Below are positions 43,042 through 53,500 of a stretch of 64,000 bases of DNA, one piece after another. The notes below the pieces were generated by a model. The model was not told the origin of the DNA. It worked only from the letters and a program-made list of their open reading frames with translations, and made no database searches. Both the position numbers and the translations under genes were made by a program. The stretch lies in NCBI GenBank assembly GCA_963812135.1, contig CAWETU010000001.1:2306121-2370120 (forward strand), read 5' to 3'. Source of the stretch: Vulcanimicrobiota bacterium (GTDB lineage Bacteria > Vulcanimicrobiota > Vulcanimicrobiia > Eremiobacterales > Eremiobacteraceae). Each line of letters starts with the position of its first letter. Position 1 is the first letter of the stretch.

Positions 43042-43473
43042 TCAGCTTCTTGAACGTTCGGGACGGAGAGTTCCGGACACGATCTCGTCAGGTTCGGCTC
43101 GTTGGACGAAGAGCGGCGCGAAGCTCGAGCGGTATCGCAGCGCGACGATGGTCCAAAGGGCCGTCACGAAGAGCGCTATTGGAAGGCCGGCGGGCATCAT
43201 CGTGATGTGGAAGACGAGGATGTTCGCGATGACAGCGCCGAGCAGCGTCAACGCGAGGGGGACGTACCGGTTGGCCAGCAGCAGCGCGCCTGCGATCAGC
43301 TCAACGCTGTCGACAAAGAGCACCCAGCCTGACTTGAAGAACACGGACTGGAAGGCGCCGGCGAGACCCGGCGGCATCGGCGGCGGGTTGGCGATCAGGA
43401 AAAACCCGCTGGTGCCGGCGGCGAGGAACACGAGGCCGAGGAGGACGCGGGAGATCGTGGAGGTGATTTTCAT
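43042..43473 (-). CDS. DoxX-family membrane protein
   Basis: RVLLGLVF..AG...E.IAG.LLL.NRYVPLAL.LL...I.NI..FH. Confidence 0.8.
   Translation of the reverse strand: MKITSTISRVLLGLVFLAAGTSGFFLIANPPPMPPGLAGAFQSVFFKSGWVLFVDSVELIAGALLLANRYVPLALTLLGAVIANILVFHITMMPAGLPIALFVTALWTIVALRYRSSFAPLFVQRAEPDEIVSGTLRPERSRS
43053..43079 (-). promoter_or_regulatory. Putative ECF42 promoter TGTCCG-N17-CGTT
   Basis: TGTCCG GAACTCTCCGTCCCGAA CGTT upstream of STAS-VOC-VOC. Confidence 0.55.
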
Positions 43474-43555
43474 GTGAGGCTTGCTCCTATTGATGATCCG
43501 CTTCACGGGACGTTGCCCCCAGCGGTTGCCTTGTGGGGTGGATAATAACATGTAC

Positions 43556-43572
43556 ACTTGCAAAAAGCAAGT
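43556..43572. promoter_or_regulatory. Palindromic operator ACTTGC-N5-GCAAGT
   Basis: Upstream of doxX; same motif at 45831 and 47814. Confidence 0.65.
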
Positions 43573-43700
43573 ACAATTTACAAGTACAAGGATTGTTAAG
43601 GACGGGTTATTTGCGGCCGCGGTTCGGGACCCGGAGCGTGGACTTCGTTAGCGCCCTTTATCCCGCGTCGGAGTTGAGACTCATCCTGGACGTGCCGGGG

Positions 43701-44645
43701 TCAACAGATGTGAAGCCCGCTTGGCTCAGCTAGGCGATCAGATGAATACGTCCAAGACGCACCATCGTCATCCGACACGTACAGGCGTCCCGACCAGTCG
43801 ATCACAGCGACGATGGAATCTCGAGTCGCGATGCAGTCGGTGTCGGCTTTGCCGTCGATCCACTTCGGCATGCCTCCGCCGAGCGGCTGCAGCGGATCGC
43901 TACTGTCGATCGGGCGTCGATACACTGCGCCTTGCGTCGCAAAAGGGCCAGCGGACGCTGACACGAAAATGTCATTTTTCCCGAATGCAACGGCAGAGCA
44001 GTGATGGGCGTGGAGTCCTCGCTGTTCGATAGTCCACGTGGTTCCAGCATCGCGACTGATGCAAAGACCCTTCGCCGCCGCTGCTATCACGATGTCGAGC
44101 CGGGCTGGATGGGCACAGACCTGATGCACATCGCTGTCGATATCGATCGTCGGTCGCCAGGTCAGACCGGAATCGGTTGATCTCGGAATTCCGCCAACAT
44201 GGACGTTGGCCAAAAGCACAGCACCATCGCATGTCGCCGCGATTGAACGAATCCCAAGCGGCGGCCCCATCAGCTTCCCGTCGACGATCGCTCCCCCTGC
44301 GTACCAGCTGTCGCGGCCCGCGACGGCGTCAAAACCCGTCAGGTGTTGTTGCGTGCCGTCAGGATCAATGCGCAGGATATGCGCGTCGTCGGTTCCAACG
44401 AAAACGACGTCCCCGATCGGTACGCAGCATGAAAGCTCGAATTCGCTTTTTACAATCTCAGTCCAATCGCCATCAGCGGATCGTCTACAAAGCGAATGCC
44501 GGCCAACAATTGCGAGCACTCTTCCATGTCCATCGGCCGCCAGACTGCGCACCGGTTGATCGGCGAGTTCTTGATGGACGACTTTTCCAGTGACGCTGAA
44601 GAGCCCGTTGCCCCACGTCGCTACCAGAATAGTGGGCATTGGCAT
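43701..44645 (-). CDS. BNR/WD40-like beta-propeller protein
   Basis: Asp-boxes RSTDSGLTW, SRDAGTTW, SDDDGASW; ANVHVGGI. Confidence 0.75.
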   Translation of the reverse strand: MPMPTILVATWGNGLFSVTGKVVHQELADQPVRSLAADGHGRVLAIVGRHSLCRRSADGDWTEIVKSEFELSCCVPIGDVVFVGTDDAHILRIDPDGTQQHLTGFDAVAGRDSWYAGGAIVDGKLMGPPLGIRSIAATCDGAVLLANVHVGGIPRSTDSGLTWRPTIDIDSDVHQVCAHPARLDIVIAAAAKGLCISRDAGTTWTIEQRGLHAHHCSAVAFGKNDIFVSASAGPFATQGAVYRRPIDSSDPLQPLGGGMPKWIDGKADTDCIATRDSIVAVIDWSGRLYVSDDDGASWTYSSDRLAEPSGLHIC

Positions 44646-44695
44646 CAAAGCGGATTCCCTTCGTGTAAAGACATCGCCTAGTCGGAGGAACGGCC

Positions 44696-45064
44696 GTGAA
44701 TCAGCCTTTTAAGATCACTGGAATGGATCTCAGCGGTTACATGTGCAAAGATGGGGCGCGCGCGATCGCGTTCTATCGCGACGTGCTCGGACTCGAACCG
44801 GTGAAGCTGTACCCAGAGAATCGGGGAGCGGAATACGAGCTTCCGGACGGCACGACGTTCGGGTTGTTCGGCGGCGGCGGCAAAGTGATGCCGTTCCAGC
44901 CGGGCAACGGGATCCTGTTCGCGGTCGACGATCTCGATGCTGCGGTCGCGGCGCTTAAGGCGCGCGGGATACCGGTGGTCATGGAGCTCGAGACCCCGGT
45001 GTGCAACATGGCGATGATCAATGACACCGAAGGCAATAGCGTGTTCTTGCACAAGCGTAAATAG
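44696..45064 (+). CDS. VOC family protein (paralog of 35063..35443)
   Basis: G.D..GY..KD..RA..FY...ILFAVDD...ETPVC...DTEGN...LH. Confidence 0.85.
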   Translation: MNQPFKITGMDLSGYMCKDGARAIAFYRDVLGLEPVKLYPENRGAEYELPDGTTFGLFGGGGKVMPFQPGNGILFAVDDLDAAVAALKARGIPVVMELETPVCNMAMINDTEGNSVFLHKRK

Positions 45065-45107
45065 CGGACTTGATAAGATCGCCAAGTGCCTGGGGCTCAG
45101 CTCCTTC

Positions 45108-45791
45108 TCAGGCTGTTTTGGATGCAGAGATCAATTGAGCAGGCATTGGGTCGATGCGGAACAGTTTGGCGAACTGGTCGAGCAGCGCGCTCTTGCCCTT
45201 GATCTTGACGGTTCCGTTGCGAATCGCGTCGGCGGGAGTCAGCTCGCCTGACAGGAGGCCCTTGATCTCAGGACCGGCTTCGATGACGAGGTCGGCATCC
45301 GCGAGCGCGCCTTCCGCGACGTCGAGCTTGGGGCCGTTGACGCGCGCGTGGATGACAATGGGGCCGAGGCGCAGTTCGTAGCCGACGTGGACTCCGCGCG
45401 CGTTCTCGCGGCGGAAGATCGTGCGCAGCGCGGTGACGAGTGAAGTGGCCGTGACCGTCTCGTCGGGTCGCGGCTCCCCGAGATTTTTCGCGCCCCACCG
45501 GCCGATCGCGATGACGACTTCTTCGAGCTCCTGGCCGTACGGGGTCAGCTCATAGACGACCGAGCTCGCGGGCCTTGGCAGCACGCGCCGGTGGACGACA
45601 CCGGCTTCTTCAAGCTCCTTCAGCCGCTCGGTGAGGACGTTGGTCGGAATGCCGGGCAGGCCGCGGTGGAGATCTGTGAAGCGCTTGGGGCTGACGAGCA
45701 GGTCGCGCACGATGAGCAGCGCCCAGCGTTCGCCGACGACTTCAAGCGCTCGGGCGAAGCCGCAGAATTGCCCGTAGGACCGGGTTGGCAT
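45108..45791 (-). CDS. HxlR-family winged-helix regulator with SCP2 domain
   Basis: RSYGQFC..ARALEVVGERWALLIVRDL...RF.DL..GLPGI.TN.L..RLKELE; C-terminal SCP2-like; TGnTAGAAT 6 nt before ATG suggests leaderless mRNA. Confidence 0.9.
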   Translation of the reverse strand: MPTRSYGQFCGFARALEVVGERWALLIVRDLLVSPKRFTDLHRGLPGIPTNVLTERLKELEEAGVVHRRVLPRPASSVVYELTPYGQELEEVVIAIGRWGAKNLGEPRPDETVTATSLVTALRTIFRRENARGVHVGYELRLGPIVIHARVNGPKLDVAEGALADADLVIEAGPEIKGLLSGELTPADAIRNGTVKIKGKSALLDQFAKLFRIDPMPAQLISASKTA

Positions 45792-45830
45792 GGGCCTATT
45801 CTAGCACAGAAACTCTCGTTTGTGAAGATT

Positions 45831-45847
45831 ACTTGCTTTTAGCAAGT
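45831..45847. promoter_or_regulatory. Palindromic operator ACTTGC-N5-GCAAGT
   Basis: Upstream of the HxlR gene. Confidence 0.65.
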
Positions 45848-45853
45848 GGGACG

Positions 45854-47041
45854 TTATGGCGCTGGTGGAATATGGTGTAGCGAGCCTGGTGAAGGCGGTG
45901 TTTTGCACGGCGCGCCCTGTGTCTCGAGCGTCGCCTGATTTGAGGTTCCAACTTTGGTCGTCAACTGGAGCTCGTACGTCTGATGTGCGCACTGGTCGAC
46001 TGCCCAAGTCGGCAGCTGCGCCCACACTTGCTGGTTGCCCGGTGTCAGCACGAGCCGGTTGATCTTCAACGGCTGGCCGCCGAACGTGGCCGTGACACCG
46101 TTGTCGATGTCCTTCGCTCTGATCATGAATTGCCAGCCTAGCAGCGCCGGCGCGAGGGCGGTCGTGTTCGTGGTCGTCGCGGCCGTTGTCGTATGCGATA
46201 CCGCGCTGGTAGAAGCCGTCGTTGAGGACGTTGTCTTCGTCGTGCTCGTTGTGGTAGTGCTCGATGTCGTCGAGCTCGGTGGGAGCGCAACGCTCGTCGT
46301 CCGCGCCGTCAGGGACGGCGATTGCGGCACGAAAGAAATGAGGGCCGGAGCGACACTGGTGATCACGGGCGGGCCGATGATGTCCAGGTTGAGCGCGTTC
46401 GACGTTCCATACTTGGTCTTCACGACAACGCTATCGATTCCGGGCGTGGATCGCAGTCCGGCCGGGACGTACACGTCGATCACGCCGTCCACCGGCGTTG
46501 CGAAGGCGAGAAATCCTGTCGAAACGCCGTTCACGTACACCATGGATGTGTCGTAATCGAATCCGCTGCCGAGTATTCTGAACATCCAGGTCGACGAGTT
46601 GATCGGAAAGCTCGAGGGACTGACGGATGTGATGGTCGGCGGGCCGCTCGGCGGGGGCACGATCGTCAGGGTCATGATGTTCGAGTACACGCCGAGGGTG
46701 GTGATCTGAAGCCTCAGGTTTCCGGGCGAGGGGCAGTACACCGGTGAGTTCAGGTTGAGATTGAATTTTGACGAGTTCCAACCTACGATCGGAGCGTTCG
46801 ACTGCTGCCACGCTCCGCCGTTGACGCTGAGGTAGAGCTTGACATCGTTTTGGAAGGTATAGCCATTCGTGGATGGCCCGACGATGTTGGTGCCGTCGAG
46901 CTCAAAGGGTTGGCTCTCACTCGTGCCGCTCATGCACTTGGACGGGCCTATCCAGCTCAGAACGGGAGCGCCAAGCGCGACGGTCGATATACTCGCGATC
47001 AATAACGTGACGGCGACAGCCGTGAAGACGGATCGTATCAT
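45854..47041 (-). CDS. Secreted IPT/TIG-domain protein with Thr-rich linker
   Basis: Signal peptide; PTITSVSP...GSGF...V.VNG...G.SN; poly-Thr. Confidence 0.75.
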   Translation of the reverse strand: MIRSVFTAVAVTLLIASISTVALGAPVLSWIGPSKCMSGTSESQPFELDGTNIVGPSTNGYTFQNDVKLYLSVNGGAWQQSNAPIVGWNSSKFNLNLNSPVYCPSPGNLRLQITTLGVYSNIMTLTIVPPPSGPPTITSVSPSSFPINSSTWMFRILGSGFDYDTSMVYVNGVSTGFLAFATPVDGVIDVYVPAGLRSTPGIDSVVVKTKYGTSNALNLDIIGPPVITSVAPALISFVPQSPSLTARTTSVALPPSSTTSSTTTTSTTKTTSSTTASTSAVSHTTTAATTTNTTALAPALLGWQFMIRAKDIDNGVTATFGGQPLKINRLVLTPGNQQVWAQLPTWAVDQCAHQTYELQLTTKVGTSNQATLETQGAPCKTPPSPGSLHHIPPAP

Positions 47042-47122
47042 AACCGTTCCTCGCCACTGGATATGCGGATAAAACGTTCGTGCGGGCGAGAACGTTACCT
47101 TGAAACGGTTGGCGACTCGCGC

Positions 47123-47263
47123 TTAAGGCCTGAGCGCGACACCGTAGGCTGCGGGACTGGGGCTCTTAGCGCCCAACGGGCTGTGCGTTGACACGAATGC
47201 GTACCCCAGTATGAGCGCGACGAGGATGGCGGCCGATGCGCGAGTGAATCTGGTGAGGAGCAT
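47123..47263 (-). CDS. Small single-TM peptide (46 aa)
   Basis: Hydrophobic helix AAILVALILGYAFV. Confidence 0.35.
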   Translation of the reverse strand: MLLTRFTRASAAILVALILGYAFVSTHSPLGAKSPSPAAYGVALRP

Positions 47264-47369
47264 TGCTTGAGGTCCCCCTGCTCTTACGAATGCTTCCACT
47301 ATCGTACGCGGACAAGCCGACACCATACGCTGATGGGCGTCACAACATAAGACTGCGCTTGCTTCTAGT

Positions 47370-47757
47370 TTAGCCGCTTGTCGCGCTGCCGGCGAGGCGC
47401 TCCTTCGCGAAGCCCGCCAAGCGTTCGTTGAGCGCGATGGCTGCCATGCCGACGAGCAGATGTGTCACTTGAACGACCCAATGGGAGGACCCGGGCAATA
47501 ACGTCATCTGCATCACCCCGATTGCGACGACGACCAGTCCCCATATCAGTCCCACGATGACGAGCCCAATGGGAGCGCGCGCGATCGCCGCGATGATCGA
47601 CGTCAACCACAGCGAGAGCACGAGTATGTATCCAACGCCCATGTGCAGCGGGATAAGCGTTAAGGCCGTGACCCGTCCAGAACATGATGCCCAAGACGAG
47701 CAGCACGACGAAACACAGCCGGACGAGCATCTGGAGAATCGTGACAACAGTCTTCAT
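47370..47757 (-). CDS. 4-TM membrane protein with His residues (LHM, HLL), frameshift near 47665
   Basis: MKTVV...LGIMFWTGH / LIPLHM.VG...HWVVQVTHLLVG. Confidence 0.65.
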
Positions 47758-47813
47758 GAAGTCTATTCTCCCCAAAACGCGGCCGAAAGGAAACTGTCCA
47801 ATTTGTGAAGATT

Positions 47814-47830
47814 ACTTGCTTTTAGCAAGC
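47814..47830. promoter_or_regulatory. Near-palindromic operator ACTTGC-N5-GCAAGC
   Basis: Lies in a 28-nt block identical to the HxlR upstream region. Confidence 0.65.
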
Positions 47831-47838
47831 AAGGACGG

Positions 47839-48798
47839 TCAAGGACCGAATGCGATGCCGTTCGCACCGGGGACGGTGAGGATCTTGACCGGCACGCTCG
47901 CCGCGCTAATGGGGGCGGTTATCTCCCAGACCGAGTTGCTCGGGTCAGTCGCCCACAGGTTGCCGGACGAGTCGAACGCGAGCCCTTGTAGGTATAGCGC
48001 GCTTGGGACTTTGATGCCGAACGCGCGAACGCTGCCGCTCGTGAACGGCGGCGCGAACACGTCGATCGTCCCTTGCGTCGTCGCGTCGGTGACGTAGAGG
48101 TTGTTGGCCGAATCAATCACGACGGCATGCATCAGCGCAGACGCGCCGACGGTCGCCGCCGCTTTGCTGGCGGATGTGATCGGGGTGTGCAGCTGTATGA
48201 CGGAAAAGTGGCCGCCCGATCCCGCGCTCGATGCGTAGAGATTGTTCGAAGAATCGACGGCGAGACCAGTGACGAAGCCGAGCCCTAGCGGGCTGACGCC
48301 GTTCGCAGTGACCTCCACGCTCGCCGTTGCAGCCCCAGCGACCGGGCCCGGGAAAAGGTCGACGCAGCAACTGACGTTTGCGAGGCCGGCGTAGACATTT
48401 CCCGCGCCGTCTTCGGTCACCACTGCGGGGTTTTGGCTGATGGTGGTCAGGAAGAATGCCGGAGTGCTGGCGCCGTTTAGCGGCGTGTTGTAGACCCAGA
48501 TCAGATTGCTGTTCAAGAATGGCACGAACAACCTGCCGCTCTTGTCGACGAACAGCATGTCAGGATTTGAGAGCGTCGTTGCGACCCCTTCGGGAATGCT
48601 TGTCGGCGTGACGGGGACTTTATAGATGTAGACGTTTCCGTTGCCCACGCCTATGGAGGACACGTACATATGCGCTCCGCCCGCCGGCGGGGAGCCGCCG
48701 TGAGGCCCACCGGGTGCCCCGGGATTCGATGAACCCGCGCATCCTAGTAGTGCGACTAACATGATAAGGGTCAGCGCGCTCATTGATCTAGACAACAT
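47839..48798 (-). CDS. Beta-propeller repeat lipoprotein (paralog of 32324..33262)
   Basis: Lipobox LLGC; P.TPTS...VD.SGRLFV; I.VF.PPFT..S; FDS.GNL. Confidence 0.7.
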   Translation of the reverse strand: MLSRSMSALTLIMLVALLGCAGSSNPGAPGGPHGGSPPAGGAHMYVSSIGVGNGNVYIYKVPVTPTSIPEGVATTLSNPDMLFVDKSGRLFVPFLNSNLIWVYNTPLNGASTPAFFLTTISQNPAVVTEDGAGNVYAGLANVSCCVDLFPGPVAGAATASVEVTANGVSPLGLGFVTGLAVDSSNNLYASSAGSGGHFSVIQLHTPITSASKAAATVGASALMHAVVIDSANNLYVTDATTQGTIDVFAPPFTSGSVRAFGIKVPSALYLQGLAFDSSGNLWATDPSNSVWEITAPISAASVPVKILTVPGANGIAFGP

Positions 48799-49059
48799 CG
48801 CTCGAAGTCCCCCTGCTAGCTATGAATGCCCGCTCACCATCATACGTAGACACGCGAATCAGCTTCGCTGACGCGCGTCACGCTTCGAGTGTTAGCGAAT
48901 GCGTCACACAAGTAGAGATCAAGAAGCCGATCGCGGCCGGATCGGCTTGATGATCAGCTGCCCTTAGGGGAGTAGCGTTAGCCTGTGCCTGGGCCGGCCG
49001 TCTCGAGTCTCTCGTGCGCGGATCTTGCGAGTGTCCGAACGAACAGGGAGGCGGTGTCG

Positions 49060-49137
49060 CCGGCCGCGCATGTCGAGCTTGAGTACGCGCCCGAAGAGTT
49101 CGGCCGGTGCGCGTCATCGCTGCTACGGCTCTACTGA
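49060..49137 (+). pseudogene. Remnant of an alpha-2-macroglobulin 3' end
   Basis: PAAHVELEYAPEEFGRCASSLLRLY* vs PGAHVELDYAPEEFGRCASSLLRI* at 60648-60722. Confidence 0.75.
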
Positions 49138-52100
49138 ACCTTAAACTTTGCCGTATCGCCGTCGCCGAACACGATGGTCGGCGCCCATGAGAACGGATGC
49201 GCGAAGCGCGCGTCGGAATCGTTGATGAGCGCGAGTTTCGCGCGTCTGAGACTTTCGGCGGGCGAATATCCGGCTTTGAGATTTGCGAAAAATGCCGGCG
49301 TGAGTTTGGGCGCGACTTGATCGTCGACTTCCCACAGCGTGACCGACATCGCAGGCGTGCCTGCGAAGAGAAATGCTCTCGTCAAACCGCTGATGCCCTC
49401 GCCCGCTGCGTGCGGTCCGGCGCCGGTGTTGCATGCGGATAACGTGACGAAGTCGGCGTTGAGCGTGAGTCCGAAGATGTCGGCCATCGTCAGGAATCCG
49501 TCGCCTGTCTCTGGGTGCGCCAACACGAGCGCGGGTTGGGTGAGGCCCTGGATCTGATCCGGCAACACCGCGTGGGTCGCGAACAAGAAATAGCGATAGT
49601 GCGTGAGCTGGCCGGCGGCGTTGAGCGCGAGCAGGTTCGAACGCGATGCGTTGTCGCCGCTGAGAATGCTGTCGGGCGGAGCGCCGAGCACGGCGCGCAC
49701 GTCGTCGGCTTCGATCTGGGCACCCGGCAGGTCCGGGAACGCTGCGGCCAGGTCTTGCGCGGAATCGCCGACGATCGCGCGCATCGCGCGCGTTTGCTCG
49801 GTCGCGTAAGGTGTCGGTATCGGTCGCCACCGCGACGACGGCGGTGCCGATGGCGGGGCGTGCTAAGGCGAGCAGCGGATCCGCCGCTTGATGTCGCCCG
49901 GCCATTCCGGCGCGCACGACGCCGAGCAGCGACGCCGATGGGATGTACGAGATCGCGTGCTGCTGGATCAGGTAGTGCGGTCGACCGTTGGCGTGCGCGG
50001 GATCTTGCGTGACCAAGGCTTCCCACGGCAAATCGTACAGCGGCCCAGACGGGATGACCACGAGGGTTTTGGCGTTTTGCACCAGCGGCTTGATCGCGTT
50101 CGGCACGAGCACGCCGTACAGCGCGTAGCTGTCTGTTGCGAATCCGGGCAAGTCTTGCGCTGCGTCGTCGGAGATCTGGCTCGGCAGCATTTGTTTGTCG
50201 ACGTCGGCTTGGATCTTCGCGGTGTGCGCGCGCAGCGCTGTGACGCGCTGCTGGATCTGCGCAGTTCCGGGAAGCGTGACGAGCTGGAATTGGTCATGGC
50301 CGACGACCCATAGGAGCGTGCGTGCGTCCGCGACGTCATAGATCAAGAGCAGCTCGCCCGGGTTGATGACGTGCTTCTGCAAGGTCGTCGAGTCAATGGG
50401 CGACGGGTGCTGGAGCGCGTAGTAGCGCGGATATTTCGTTTTGAGCTGCGCCTGCAGCGCGCTCCGCTTGGCGGTGAGATCGTGCAGCTGCTGGGTGGCG
50501 GCCGCCACCGTTGCCGGATCGGGTTTGGGCACGGCCTCCGCATACGTGAGGTTGGTACGCGCGTTGTCAACCGCCAGTTCGGCCTCGTTGTCGGCGCTGA
50601 CGACGGATTCGGGCACGCCGGCGAATCGCCGCGCGGCGCTGCGACCGATCTGCTCGAGCGCTTCACGCGCTTGCTTGCGTTCGAGAACCTGGAGCGCTCG
50701 ACGATCGTAGCCCTTGCCAGGAAAGCGGCCGTTGAGCTGCCACAAGTATTCGATGAACTCGTCGTACAGGCCTAACTTCGTGGAGAAGTACGTGGTGCGC
50801 TCGCTCGCGCCAAGGCCGGCGCGCGTGCTCTCTATCTGATCGAGCGCTCCGGTGAAGTCTGCGATGGCAGCCGTTCGCATGTCGAGCGCTGCCTCTGCTT
50901 TGGCCTGCGCGCGCAGGCTGCCCCACAGCCGTTCGCTGCTCTGGCCCTGACGCGCCATCGCGGTCGCCTGCCGCGCTGTTTGCAGCGCCGCTTGGTTTCG
51001 GCCGAGCGCGACATCGGCGGTGGCGATGTCGATGAGCGCCATCCCCTCGCCGTTCACATCCTGATTCGCGCGGAACAGCACGAGCGCCTGATGGTCGGAG
51101 TCGTACGCCTGTTGCGCATGTCCGGTATTGCCGTACGTGACGCCCAGCGCGTAGTAGATGCCCGCTGCTTTATCGGTGTCAGAGGCCGCTTTGGCGATTT
51201 CGAGCGCGGCGCGAAAACCGCGTATGGCGTCGTCGTAGCGGTGGAGATCCTCCTCGGAGATCGCCACGGTGAGCAGCGCGTCGGCCTCGCCCCGCTTGTC
51301 GCCGATCGTGTGCGAGATGGCCGCTGCGGCCGACGCGTCTTGCAACGCTTCTTCGGAGCGGCCGAGCGAGTTCAGCACCGACGCCAACACGACCAGCGCA
51401 CTCGCTTCGCCGTGGCGGTAGTGGACCGCGCGATAGAGCGCGAGCGCCTGTTGCGCATCGTCCAAGGAGGTGTCGTAGTGACGCAACTGGCGCTCGAGGT
51501 CAGCGAGCTGGCTTAGGGCGCCCGCTTCGCCGGTGCGCCAGCCGATCGCGTGCTGCAGCGTGGCCTGCTGCTTGAAATCGTCCAGCGCCGTGTCGAAGCG
51601 GTTCTGCAGATACGCGAGGTCGCCGAGGTTGCCGAGCGCGATCGCTTGGTTGCGGCGGTCGTCGATGCTGCGCGCGAGCTGCAGGGCTTGCTGCGAGCTG
51701 CGTTCTTCGTCGGCGCTGCGGCCAAGGTTGCGGTATGAAAACGCCATGTCGTTGAGGACGTGCGCTTGTTGGGAGCCGCTGCCGATGGCCTGGAATATCG
51801 GCAGCGCGAGGGCGTAGTCTTTGAGCGCGATGTCGTCGTGGCCAATCGTCTGGTTGACCGTTCCGATCAGTTCCAGCGACGACGCCACGCCGTATTGGTC
51901 GCCGCTCGCGCGGGCGCTGTCGAGGGATTGCTGGAGGTACGGAAGCGCGGCGGCGTAGTCGCCTCCGTTGGCGACGAGTATGGCGATTCCGCGCAAGACC
52001 TCGGCTTCTCCGCGTTTGTCTCCCGTCGCACGGTAGAGGTCGAGCGCTTGCTTGTCGGCGGTCATCGCATCGTCGGGCTTGCCAACGAGATCGTCGAGAT

Positions 52101-52581
52101 CGCCGATGGCCGACAGGACGTCGGCCTGGCCGGAGCCGTCGTTTTGCTCTTTGAAAATGGCAAGCGCTTGCTGGTAGCTTGTTGCGGCATCGTCGTTCTT
52201 GGCTTGTGCTTGTTGCAGGTTGCCGATCCACTCGAGGTCGGCGGCTTCTGCTGTGCGGTCGTGTAGGGCGCGGTGCGCCGCCAGCGCGGCGTTCAGGGAA
52301 GTGAGCGCGTCATCGTACTGCCGAAGTTTTTCTTGGGCTTTTCCGACGTCGAATTGGAATGCGGCGACGGCGGCGGGATTGTTTTGCTGATTCGCGGTTT
52401 GCAGACCGGTTTGCCATGCAGCGAGTGCGGTCTTGTAATCGTGATTATCGAATGAGCTTTGACCCTTTGATTGGATCTGCTGGAGATCGGGCGAAAGGGC
52501 TAGTGTGTCTGCGAGCGCGGGGCCTGCGAGTGATCCGAGACTGAGGAGCGCGGCGACGAGCGTTGTTATGGCCTTCGGCAA
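49131..52581 (-). CDS. Secreted TPR + CHAT (caspase-like) protease; 1-nt frameshift near 49810
   Basis: Signal peptide; many TPRs; LVVIPSGPL..LPWEAL; catalytic FATHA and LSACNT; GEGISGL.RAF..AG; TLW.V.D; HPF.WA. Confidence 0.9.
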
Positions 52582-52582
52582 C

Positions 52583-53500
52583 TCATTGGCCCCCGGCGAG
52601 TTCGAAGCTCAGCGTGCGCGCGAGGTCCGACGTCGGCGCGAAACCTGCGACTCCTTGATATGCTTGAAAGCGCCAATCCGGACTTTGTTGCACGAGCCAC
52701 GCGGCGTAGAGCGCGGCGCGCAGATCGAGCGGCTGTGATGGATCTTGCAATGCGGCCATCTCCTCGGCCGGAGGCTGGGGCAGTGCGGCGGGGGGAATCG
52801 CGTCGAAGCCCGCGGTGACGTGCTTGCCGCTGGCGTCCGATATCTGCAACTCGTACGCGCCGGGCGTCAACGTCACGTCGAATGTCGCCTTGCGCTCTTG
52901 CAGGGCGGTCTTGGCCGCGAACGGCGTCGTGCCGTCTTTCTTATATATGGCGGCGGCGTATGGCGCCTGGCCATCGATCCACGCGACCCAGAGCTCTGGT
53001 TGTCCGGCAGCGACGCGCGGGTGTTGTGCTTGCAAGAGATAGATGAGGACCGGTTCTTGGACGCCTCCGCGCGTCTGCGCGGTGGTGGTCTGCTCGGTGT
53101 AGTAGTCGTTCTGCGAACGCTGGAAGAGCCCGCCGAGCGATGCGAACATGCGCCCGATTGCGGCGACCGCTGCGTTCTGGCCTGCGGCAGATTGGGCGAC
53201 GCAGTATTTTGGGCTGGATGAGTCGACGCGCGTTTCCGTTCCGTCGATCATCAGAGTCATTCGGTTTGCGTTGTCGCTCGACTGAGCGTTGAGGGGTTGG
53301 TGGAGGACGACGCAATCGCCGACGTTGAGGGTCATCCCGAGATGGGGCGTGAGCTTTTGGGCGCCGCGATCGATCTCGTATGCGGTGGTCGGACCGGTGT
53401 ACGATTCGATGTAGCGGTAGTTCGCGCTGGTGTCGGCGATGGCGACGATCGGCAGTCCTTGTCCGACGATCAACGCTGCGACGGCGATGGTTCTGATCAC
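52583..53500 (-). CDS. Secreted protein with FecR-like N-terminus and Ig-like C-terminus
   Basis: GTGA overlap with CHASE2 gene; signal peptide; GMTL.VGD; TRGG. Confidence 0.6.
   Translation of the reverse strand: MIRTIAVAALIVGQGLPIVAIADTSANYRYIESYTGPTTAYEIDRGAQKLTPHLGMTLNVGDCVVLHQPLNAQSSDNANRMTLMIDGTETRVDSSSPKYCVAQSAAGQNAAVAAIGRMFASLGGLFQRSQNDYYTEQTTTAQTRGGVQEPVLIYLLQAQHPRVAAGQPELWVAWIDGQAPYAAAIYKKDGTTPFAAKTALQERKATFDVTLTPGAYELQISDASGKHVTAGFDAIPPAALPQPPAEEMAALQDPSQPLDLRAALYAAWLVQQSPDWRFQAYQGVAGFAPTSDLARTLSFELAGGQ

Noticed and set aside
40820..47100. Loose AGG-N16/17-CNAA promoter-like motif before several genes
   Set aside because: Too degenerate to support without a statistical scan
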